This document shows positions 25,076 to 32,000 of a stretch of DNA of 32,000 bases, in pieces. The stretch is taken from positions 17,166 to 49,165 of the forward strand of contig CAWEUH010000057.1 in NCBI GenBank assembly GCA_963811985.1. Direction: 5' to 3'. The stretch is from an uncultured delta proteobacterium. Lineage in GTDB: Bacteria; Myxococcota_A; Polyangia; Polyangiales; Polyangiaceae. Each line of letters starts with the position of its first letter. Position 1 is the first letter of the stretch. The position numbers and the translations under genes were made by a program. The notes beneath the pieces were generated by a model. That model had not been told where the DNA came from. It made no database searches and saw only the letters and a list, made by a program, of their open reading frames with translations.

Positions 25076-25915
25076 TTAGCTTCTTTCCGACGCGCTCCGT
25101 GACCGAAATCGAGCGAACACAATTGCAGCACCGATGCAGACGAGCAACACCAAGCCTACAGTGGCATGACCCAGGAGTTGGTGAGCGGGCTGCTCATTGG
25201 GGCAATGCAGCAACAGGGCGAAATTGCCAGTGACGCCGCCAATGCTCGCCGCGAGCGTCAAAAAGAGGCGGCCGCGAGCGAGTTGGCGATCCATCGCGAC
25301 GAATAGCACTATGCAGGGAAGTGAAAGAAACGTCCCGTACCGCAAGCAGACCGCAGCCTGGTAGAGAAATGAACGCTGAATCTCGACGTGAGAGGCTGGT
25401 TGAGCATAGGCGGGAGCCAACGCAGCCAGGATGAAGGGCAGACAAAAAGCGAGAGCGGCCGCCGACGCTAGCGCCCGAGAAGACTTCGGCCGATACAAGG
25501 GGGTGAGGAGCGTCCTAGTCGCAAAGACCACGATGGCCAAATACATCACCACCGCCAATACAAGGCGTGGCAGCGGGTAGTCACCAAGGTCGTGTCTCCG
25601 GGAAAATGCCAATTGGGCTGCAGCAGGTAACAATGCGACGCTTACGGCAAGGGCTAGGCGCAAGGGCGTCTGTCGGCTACGCAACCATGCGAGTAGCCCT
25701 CGCTCCCGTGAAAGCTGAAGCTGTGTTTGACTCAGTAAGCTCGCAACATCAATTGCGCCAGCGTTCGCGTTCGAAACGGACTCGAGTTCATTGGCCGCGG
25801 GGAGCTCAATCATTTCCTGACACACGGCACATTGTGCCAGATGCTCCAGCGCCGCTTCCGACAGTTCGTCTTGTCGCAACAGATGGCGGCGCGTTTCATC
25901 GCAGGTCCAATTCAT
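25076..25915 (-). CDS. Anti-sigma factor: N-terminal zf-HC2 (ZAS) motif plus ~6 TM segments (NrsF/DUF1109-like architecture)
   Basis: 279-aa ORF. MNWTCDETRRHLL...EHLAQCAVCQ carries the C...H-x3-C-x2-C motif. The remainder is polytopic membrane. Its ATG overlaps the sigma gene stop (ATGA). Confidence 0.8.
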   Translation of the reverse strand: MNWTCDETRRHLLRQDELSEAALEHLAQCAVCQEMIELPAANELESVSNANAGAIDVASLLSQTQLQLSRERGLLAWLRSRQTPLRLALAVSVALLPAAAQLAFSRRHDLGDYPLPRLVLAVVMYLAIVVFATRTLLTPLYRPKSSRALASAAALAFCLPFILAALAPAYAQPASHVEIQRSFLYQAAVCLRYGTFLSLPCIVLFVAMDRQLARGRLFLTLAASIGGVTGNFALLLHCPNEQPAHQLLGHATVGLVLLVCIGAAIVFARFRSRSASERS

Positions 25916-26484
25916 GGCCCACGCCCCTTATCTATGTCGATATCATTGGAAATGTTACCGGACGAAAGCAATTTACGTAACGCTGTATAGCCGCGGTGAG
26001 CCCGAACGCGGACTGCGCCCGCACTGGCCCCAACCTTTTCTGCGATTTCCTCGAAGGATAGCTCTTCCACGAAGTGCAGGCGCACTACCTCCTGCTGGTC
26101 GTTCGGTAATTGCTGAATCGCATGAGACAAGTCTCGGCGGAGTTCGAAACGACGCTGTTCGTCGGGCTGGTGAGCGTGCTTGATCTCAGCCGTCGCGTCT
26201 AGCTCCGCCTCCGGCCGACGACGGGCCCGGCGCAACTGTTCCCTCGCAAGGTTGAATGCGATGGTCATCAGCCACGGGCGCAATTCGCAGTCTGGGTGGA
26301 AGTCGTTCCGGGCCCTGTGCAGTTGCAAGAAAGTCTGCTGCACGAGGTCAGCCAATTGGTCCTTGCTGGGTCCAAATCGCCGCAGGACGCGCTCAAGAAT
26401 GGGCGCGTAGCGGGAAAAGAGTTCGCCGAAGGCCACGGTGTCTCCCCCGCAGTAGGCCAACATGAGCTCTTCATCGCTCTTCAC
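25912..26484 (-). CDS. ECF (group 4) RNA polymerase sigma-70 factor
   Basis: 190-aa ORF with a GTG start. Region 2 (DEELMLAYCGGDTVAFGELFSRY..DLVQQTFLQLHRA...RPWLMTIAFNLAREQLRR) and region 4 (LPNDQQEVVRLHFVEELSFEEIAEKVGASAGAVRVRAHRGYTALRKLL). Confidence 0.92.
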   Translation of the reverse strand: MKSDEELMLAYCGGDTVAFGELFSRYAPILERVLRRFGPSKDQLADLVQQTFLQLHRARNDFHPDCELRPWLMTIAFNLAREQLRRARRRPEAELDATAEIKHAHQPDEQRRFELRRDLSHAIQQLPNDQQEVVRLHFVEELSFEEIAEKVGASAGAVRVRAHRGYTALRKLLSSGNISNDIDIDKGRGP

Positions 26485-26746
26485 AAATCCAGTCTATAGC
26501 CGAATAGCAAGCTCAGGCCAAGGACCCCCGCGCCGCCTTCCAACGAGCCTACCCAGACCTGCCCCATTCGGACGAGACGGGCCAATTCGGCGAGGGAGAA
26601 CGATACGTCGTGGGAAACGGCTCCCGCCGCAACAAGATTCGAACGTTGATTGTAACGCACAGACGCGCTGCACGTACCTAGCATTGGCATCGTTGATTCG
26701 CTCGCATTGTTACGAGCGCTGCACGGTGTCGAGAGGAACAAAAACG

Positions 26747-27886
26747 ATGAGAACCTATGTCCGTGAGATATTTCTAATTCCGTTGTGTTTGTCAACTACC
26801 ATGGCCTGCGCCGAAGCATCAAGTGATGAAACATCGACGCCTGCGACCGCAGAAGAAGCGCTAATTGGCCAGCACGGCGAGGGTGCCGTGTTTACGATGA
26901 GCAATGCCGCCGCCGGCAATACGGTGTTAGCGTTTCATCGCATGCAAGATGGTTCGCTAGGGGCCGCTGGCGAATATCCAACGGGCGGACTTGGATCGGG
27001 CGCAAGCCTCGGTTCACAGGGCTCCGTGACGTTATCGGAGGATGGCCACTATTTGGTGGTGGTCAATGCGGGTAGCGACGAGATTTCGAGCTTCGAAGTC
27101 CGCGGAACTCAGCTTACGTTGCGCTCTCGGCTTCCCTCTGGAGGTTCTCATCCGACCAGTGTTGCCGTGCGAGACCAGCTCGCATACGTGCTCAATGCGG
27201 GTCAAGACAGCAACATTTCCGGCTTCTGGCTCGATCCGCTGGGACGACTGTTCGCAATTCCCGGTTCAACGCGAGCACTGAGCGCCGCGATGCCCTCAGC
27301 GGCGCAAGTCGCGATAGCGCCAAGGGGCCTCGGCGTAGTCGTAACGGAAAAGGGAACGAGCCTGATCGATACGTTTGCGTTCCGGCGCAACGGAACACTC
27401 GAGAACGCCGTTACTCACGCCTCGTCGGGTAGCACTCCTTACGGATTCGATATTTCTCAGGACGGCACGGTCGTTGTTTCCGAGGCCGCCGCTGGTGCCG
27501 CTTCATCCTACTCATTGACAGGGAGCGGTGGTTTTTTGACGATTTCGGGCTCCATCGGTGATAATCAGAAGGCTCCCTGTTGGCTCATTATAACCAAAGA
27601 CGGCCAGTTCGCATATACCGCAAATGCAGGCAGCAGCTCGATATCGGGCTATGAATTGGCGCACGATGGCTCGCTGCAACTTCTCGACCCGAACGGGGTT
27701 ACGGCATCGACTGGTGAAAACGGAAAGCCGCTCGACGTGGCAGTTGACCGCAACCAGCATCTTTATGCTCTCGCTGCGGGCAATCACGTCATCGACGGTT
27801 TTGCGATTGGCAACACGGGCGCATTGACACCGGTGTCAAGCACCACGGGCCTGCCGGAAACCACGGTTGGTATCGCGGCGTTCTAG
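26747..27886 (+). CDS. Secreted beta-propeller lactonase-family protein (7-bladed, 6-phosphogluconolactonase-like)
   Basis: ORF 26462..27886, with the start set at ATG 26747, preceded by GAGAGGA. Signal peptide MRTYVREIFLIPLCLSTTMAC. Repeated blade motifs (DGHYLVVVNAGSDEISSF, LAYVLNAGQDSNISGF, DGQFAYTANAGSSSISGY, HLYALAAGNHVIDGF). Confidence 0.85.
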   Translation: MRTYVREIFLIPLCLSTTMACAEASSDETSTPATAEEALIGQHGEGAVFTMSNAAAGNTVLAFHRMQDGSLGAAGEYPTGGLGSGASLGSQGSVTLSEDGHYLVVVNAGSDEISSFEVRGTQLTLRSRLPSGGSHPTSVAVRDQLAYVLNAGQDSNISGFWLDPLGRLFAIPGSTRALSAAMPSAAQVAIAPRGLGVVVTEKGTSLIDTFAFRRNGTLENAVTHASSGSTPYGFDISQDGTVVVSEAAAGAASSYSLTGSGGFLTISGSIGDNQKAPCWLIITKDGQFAYTANAGSSSISGYELAHDGSLQLLDPNGVTASTGENGKPLDVAVDRNQHLYALAAGNHVIDGFAIGNTGALTPVSSTTGLPETTVGIAAF

Positions 27887-27908
27887 GGTTCATGGAAATT
27901 TCGCCAAT

Positions 27909-27943
27909 GCGGGTGAACCACAACCGAGTGGTGGTTCACCCGC
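27909..27943 (+). terminator. Perfect 13-bp inverted repeat downstream of the lactonase-like gene (terminator-like, no U-tract)
   Basis: gcgggtgaaccac (27909-27921), loop aaccgagtg, gtggttcacccgc (27931-27943). Lies 22 nt after the stop codon. No T-run follows. Confidence 0.4.
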
Positions 27944-28206
27944 AACCGGCCCAACAGGGGCGGACCAGCCCGCCCGGCGGCAGTTGAGGATGAACCAACG
28001 TGGAGATTAGCCGGGTTCGTTCACACGCTAGGTATGGCTTCATGCCACTGCCGTGTCGGCGCGGTTGTCGAATCATAAGGAATTCACTATCCTCGGGAAA
28101 CTCGCTGGAAACGCCACTGCAGCTAATGTCAGACCTGCCACCGGTGCGACAATCTCTTGTCCGCGAGTGGTAACTCGACTAGTTCCAACCCAACGCTGCC
28201 CTATCC

Positions 28207-29445
28207 GTGCTGGATCCTCATCCCATCACAGTCGCCCCCTTTGCACTGCTGCTGTTGGCCATAGCCATTTTGCCCCTGTTTGCGCCTAGGTTTTGGGACC
28301 AAAATCGGAACAAGGCGCTCGTCGCGACGCTGCTATCAGTTCCAATCGTCGGCTGGCTAATTTTTCGGCAGCCGCTGGCCATTTTGCACAGCTTACGTGA
28401 ATACGCTTCATTTATCGCGCTGCTTGGCTCGCTGTTCATCGTATCCGGCGGCATCCACCTCGAGGGTGATTTGCAGGCGACACCGGCACGAAATACCGCT
28501 CTGCTCGCCCTCGGCGGGGTCCTGGCCAACATTCTGGGGACCACCGGCGCCAGCATGCTTCTAATCCGGACCGTCCTGAAGACCAATTCGCAGCGCAGCC
28601 ATGTCGCCTATCTTCCGTTCTTCTTTATTCTGATCGTGTCCAATTGCGGGGGACTGCTAACTCCCCTCGGCGACCCACCGTTGTTCTTGGGCTATCTACG
28701 TGGAGTGCCGTTTACTTGGACGCTGCGTCTGTGGCCTGTCTGGATGGCGGCCATGTTGTGGCTACTGGGTCTTTACTACTTCATCGATCGGCGCGCGTAC
28801 GCGCGAGAGGACCCAATCCAACTCCAACGGGACGCGGCAGAGGTGGTCCCCCTTAGCTTGATTGGTTGGCGCAATGTTGTTCTTCTGTTCGGCGTCGTGA
28901 CGTCAGTGATATTGCCCACTCCGTATCGAGAAATATGCATGGTAGCGCTAGCGCTTGTGTCTTTGGCTTTCGGAGGCTCCAAGGCACGCCGGGCGAACGG
29001 CTTTTCATTTGGCCCTATCGTTGAAGTAGCGATCTTGTTTGCGGGTATCTTCCTAACCATGATTCCAGCCCTACGACTGCTGGAGCTGCACGGAGTGAGC
29101 ATTGGTCTAACGCAACCGTGGCATTACTTCTTGGCGAGCGGCTCGCTATCGAGCGTACTCGACAACGCACCCACCTACTTGACGTTCCTGTCGGCAGCGC
29201 AGGGGCTTGGTTTGCACGGTACGGTGGGTGTTCCTAACGCGTTCCTGGCAGCAATCAGCGCCGGTTCAGTCATGATGGGGGCCAACACGTACGTAGGGAA
29301 CGGGCCCAATTTCATGGTCAAAGCTATTGCCGACAACTCAGGGTATCGGACCGCATCATTCGGTAGCCACGCGCTGGCTGCTGTCTTGGTGCTGATGCCT
29401 GTCTATGTCGCTACGGCACTTTGGTTGTCGTTTTGCGTACGGTAG
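28207..29445 (+). CDS. ArsB/NhaD-superfamily ion transporter (usually annotated sodium:proton antiporter / citrate-transporter-like)
   Basis: 412-aa ORF with a GTG start and about 11-12 TM segments. Blocks GGLLTPLGDPPLFLGY, SSVLDNAPTYLTF and GNGPNFMVKAIA are characteristic of this permease family. Confidence 0.8.
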   Translation: MLDPHPITVAPFALLLLAIAILPLFAPRFWDQNRNKALVATLLSVPIVGWLIFRQPLAILHSLREYASFIALLGSLFIVSGGIHLEGDLQATPARNTALLALGGVLANILGTTGASMLLIRTVLKTNSQRSHVAYLPFFFILIVSNCGGLLTPLGDPPLFLGYLRGVPFTWTLRLWPVWMAAMLWLLGLYYFIDRRAYAREDPIQLQRDAAEVVPLSLIGWRNVVLLFGVVTSVILPTPYREICMVALALVSLAFGGSKARRANGFSFGPIVEVAILFAGIFLTMIPALRLLELHGVSIGLTQPWHYFLASGSLSSVLDNAPTYLTFLSAAQGLGLHGTVGVPNAFLAAISAGSVMMGANTYVGNGPNFMVKAIADNSGYRTASFGSHALAAVLVLMPVYVATALWLSFCVR

Positions 29446-29815
29446 AAATGCCTCAGTCTTACGTCTCTGAAACACGGATGACTTTGATTTCATCATGTGT
29501 GTACGGCCCCCCATTTTGGATTCAAGACCCTTGGATTCCGCAGTTGTTGACAAATCCAATAACCGTTTCGTCCGCGCCAGCATAATTAAATATTTATGTA
29601 CATTGCCTTAACGGAACGCGAACTGGAAACCTGCGTGATCGGTGCGGCGGGTTAGTAATTGTCGGTATCAAGGACCCGCAACTCGACTACACCGCCGATT
29701 CTCTCTTGGACGGACATGCAAATGGCCGGAACAGCCTTGCTCCGTAGAATGGGGAATCGTGCGGTCAATCTCGCCACAATCAACCTTTCTGTCTTCAAAA
29801 AACAAACGAGGCACC

Positions 29816-30028
29816 ATGTGGGATCAATACAAGAAGACATTTGTCCGAATGCAAGTGATGATTCTGTTCGTCACAGCGCTGGTGCATGCGTGGTCCCACC
29901 TGTGGACCGTCGCTGCCGTGTTCTTTGCCGTCATGCAAACCGGCTCCGCGTTGGGTGCAATGTGGGGCTTCAGACTCAAGAGAAAGATTCTGCCTAGCCT
30001 CTGCGGGCCTTCATTGCCTCGCGCATGA
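29816..30028 (+). CDS. Small two-TM membrane protein (hypothetical)
   Basis: In-frame ATG 29816 within ORF 29642..30028, preceded by GAGG (aaacgaggcaccATG). MWDQYKKTFVRMQVMILFVTALVHAWSHLWTVAAVFFAVMQTGSALGAMWGF forms two hydrophobic helices. Lies 115 nt upstream of amt. Confidence 0.45.
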   Translation: MWDQYKKTFVRMQVMILFVTALVHAWSHLWTVAAVFFAVMQTGSALGAMWGFRLKRKILPSLCGPSLPRA

Positions 30029-30143
30029 GTCCGCCGTGAATAGCCCGGAATCAATGATCAAAACACAACCATCAAAGGATACCCGTCCCGTCACGCAGCC
30101 TAGAGACAACGTGACCCCATCCAGACACCATTGAGGTACGAGA

Positions 30144-31865
30144 ATGCTGAAATCTAACTCTAACCATCGCCGGCGCTACTGGTACGCGTTAATGTTTTTC
30201 GTCGTCGGATTGCTCGCCGTGGTAACCACGCGACGCGCCTATGCCGATGAGCCGCCCAAGGCGGACCCAACCGGCGCATTTCAGACCACGCCTACTGCCT
30301 ACTCGGTTCCAGGCTACACCAAGCCCGACCCGGAGAAGGCTACGACCAAGGATTTGGCTACGGCTGTCAACGCGGTGGCTCAGGCGTCCTCACACAGTAT
30401 ATTTTCGGTCAATTTCGTCTGGACATTGATTGCAGGATTCCTAGTCATGTTCATGCAGGCAGGATTTGCTCTTGTCGAAACGGGGCTTATCCGTGCCAAG
30501 AACGCCGCCCACACAATGTCGATGAATTTTGCCGTATATGCCTTGGGCATGTTCGGCTTCTTCGTGTGCGGTTTTGCCTTTATGTGCGGAGGACTCAATG
30601 GCACTGCGATTGGCGGTCCGGCTTCGCTGGGAGGCGTGCCTACGCTCAATCACATGATCACGACCGGTGCTTCAATAAACGGTGATCACGGTTGGGGACT
30701 GATCGGGAGCACAGGTTTCTTCCTTTCTGGCAGCACCTATGATGCAGGTGTCATCGTTCTGTTCCTGTTCATGATGGTCTTCATGGACACGACGGCCACC
30801 ATCGTTACGGGCGCCTGTGCTGAACGCTGGAGCTTCAAGAGCTTCTTCATCTTCAGCATATTAGTCGGCGCCATCATTTACCCGATCTTCGGCGGCTGGG
30901 TATGGGGCGGCGGCTGGCTGGCACAACTCGGCTATCGTATGGGCCTTGGCCATGGCGCGGTGGACTATGCTGGCTCGGGAGTCGTACACCTTCAAGGTGG
31001 CGCCCTTGCTCTCATAACGGCCTATTTGATTGGCCCACGCATCGGCAAGTACGGCAAGGACGGCAGGGTCCACCCGATCTTGCCGCACCACATTCCGATG
31101 GTACAAGTTGGAACATTCATTCTCGCCTTCGGATGGTTCGGATTCAACGCCGGTAGTTCTCTTGCAGGTGCTGATGGTCGAATTGGCATTATTGCAGCCA
31201 ACACGATGATTGCAGGAATGGCAGCCACGATCTCTGGCATCCTGTACATGTGGCTTTTCGTGGGCAAACCCGATCCATCGATGATGTGCAATAGCCTGCT
31301 CGCGGGTCTGGTGGCGATTACGGCGCCTTGTGCTTTCGTAACTCCAGTGGGTGCCTTCATTATCGGCGCCGTTGCGGGCGTATTGGTAGTGGTAAGCGTA
31401 TTTTTCTTCGACAAGATGAGGATCGACGATCCCGTCGGCGCGATCAGCGTGCACGGAACCAACGGCCTCTGGGGCGTGCTCGCCGTGGGCCTCTTTTCAG
31501 ACGGCACCTACGGTGGCGGCTGGAACGGCGTTGGAGCCACCTCGTATCTAGGAGTGGCGGGCAAAGGCGTCACTGGACTCTTCTATGGCGACAGTAAGCA
31601 ATTGATCGCCCAATGTTTTGAGGGCGGCGTGTGCATTGCCTGGAACGTTCTCGTCGGAGGACTAATATTCTACACGATCGGCAAAGTACTCGGTTCCAAT
31701 CGCGTGCCAGCCGAAGTTGAAATTGCCGGTCTGGACGTCCCCGAGATGGGCATTCCAGGCTACCCCGAGTTCATACCTCAAACGGCACCGGAAGAGGTCT
31801 CCGCTTCGGAACTCGAGAAAGCAGAGGGCATTCGAGTGCCTCGGCTATCGGCAGTTGCACGCTGA
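30144..31865 (+). CDS. amt: Ammonium transporter (Amt/MEP/Rh family) with signal peptide and extended C-terminus
   Basis: 573-aa ORF with GAGG 8 nt upstream. FVWTLIAGFLVMFMQAGFALVETGLIRAKNAAHTM, DYAGSGVVHLQGGALAL, FGWFGFNAGS and AISVHGTNGLWGVLAVGLF are canonical Amt blocks. Confidence 0.95.
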   Translation: MLKSNSNHRRRYWYALMFFVVGLLAVVTTRRAYADEPPKADPTGAFQTTPTAYSVPGYTKPDPEKATTKDLATAVNAVAQASSHSIFSVNFVWTLIAGFLVMFMQAGFALVETGLIRAKNAAHTMSMNFAVYALGMFGFFVCGFAFMCGGLNGTAIGGPASLGGVPTLNHMITTGASINGDHGWGLIGSTGFFLSGSTYDAGVIVLFLFMMVFMDTTATIVTGACAERWSFKSFFIFSILVGAIIYPIFGGWVWGGGWLAQLGYRMGLGHGAVDYAGSGVVHLQGGALALITAYLIGPRIGKYGKDGRVHPILPHHIPMVQVGTFILAFGWFGFNAGSSLAGADGRIGIIAANTMIAGMAATISGILYMWLFVGKPDPSMMCNSLLAGLVAITAPCAFVTPVGAFIIGAVAGVLVVVSVFFFDKMRIDDPVGAISVHGTNGLWGVLAVGLFSDGTYGGGWNGVGATSYLGVAGKGVTGLFYGDSKQLIAQCFEGGVCIAWNVLVGGLIFYTIGKVLGSNRVPAEVEIAGLDVPEMGIPGYPEFIPQTAPEEVSASELEKAEGIRVPRLSAVAR

Positions 31866-31884
31866 GCGATGCCTAGGCGGGTGA

Positions 31885-31915
31885 AGTACGGGCTCGTAGC
31901 AGACGGGCCCGTACT
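31885..31915 (+). terminator. Weak hairpin after amt
   Basis: agtacgggc (31885-31893) pairs with gcccgtact (31907-31915) across a 13-nt loop. No U-tract. Confidence 0.25.
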
Positions 31916-32000
31916 GACCCTCCCCTAACTGCAATATTGAATTCTGCGCAATGACTGACCCTGCAAAGACCGAATTGACGACGGCTGACTGGCAAACGTT

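Noticed and set aside
26612-26647. GGGAAAC ... CGAACGTT in the sigma/lactonase intergenic region as an ECF promoter
   Set aside because: The spacing and the -10 do not fit a GGAAC-N16/17-CGT pattern well, and there is no matching element on the sigma-gene strand. Evidence is insufficient.
26462-26746. N-terminal 95-codon extension of the lactonase-like ORF
   Set aside because: It is an Arg/Pro-rich non-protein-like sequence that starts inside the sigma gene. ATG 26747 has an SD and opens a signal peptide.
20616-27900. Looked for a direct repeat of the ssrA 3' end (ggttcgattccccgcgcctccacca or part of it) that would mark the far end (attR) of an island
   Set aside because: None was seen by eye on either strand within the window. 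The island boundary therefore cannot be set from this sequence alone.
29723-29741. Sigma54-like TGGCCGGAACAGCCTTGCT upstream of amt
   Set aside because: Neither GG gives the required GG-N10-GC spacing (13 or 9 nt instead of 10), so it is not a credible -24/-12 promoter.
31941-32000. ATG-initiated open frame at the right edge (MTDPAKTELTTADWQT...)
   Set aside because: Only 20 codons are visible, with no SD and no recognisable motif. It cannot be supported as a gene.

Overview
GC-rich bacterial chromosomal segment. The gene content (many lipoproteins, an FGE-sulfatase-domain protein, an ECF sigma pair, GC-hairpin intergenic repeats) looks myxobacterium-like or deltaproteobacterial, but that is only a guess. 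From left to right: (1) 1-7800 holds a glycan-modification cluster of three GT4 glycosyltransferases, a CgeB-like transferase, a polytopic membrane protein and an alkaline-phosphatase-superfamily (PEtN-transferase-like) membrane enzyme, with REP/MITE-like hairpin repeats at 5074-5250 and 7807-7967. (2) 7966-8332 is a decayed vapBC module. (3) 8375-17210 is housekeeping and miscellaneous genes: TetR, an FGE-domain lipoprotein, purE, a ketopantoate-reductase-family gene, a YfcH-type epimerase, lipoproteins, and hisE-hisG. (4) 17218-19805 is a patch of addiction-module-type genes and remnants: a retropepsin-like protease, an MNT/HEPN pair, a truncated nucleotidyltransferase-like gene and a pseudo-receiver. 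(5) 20269-20615 is a complete tmRNA gene (ssrA, tag ANDNAIALAA). It is directly abutted by a decayed integrative element, namely the C-terminal fragment of a large serine recombinase fused to an internal aminotransferase fragment. (6) 22663-24972 encodes the most unusual gene, a lipoprotein with a roughly 130-aa Met/Gly-rich tract that includes a near-perfect 7 x 18-bp tandem repeat, followed by three spondin_N-like domains. It sits next to an ECF sigma, a zinc-finger multi-TM anti-sigma pair and a secreted beta-propeller lactonase-like protein. (7) 28207-31865 holds an ArsB/NhaD-superfamily transporter, a small membrane ORF and an ammonium transporter. All assignments come from reading the translations and the DNA by eye. 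No database search was run.
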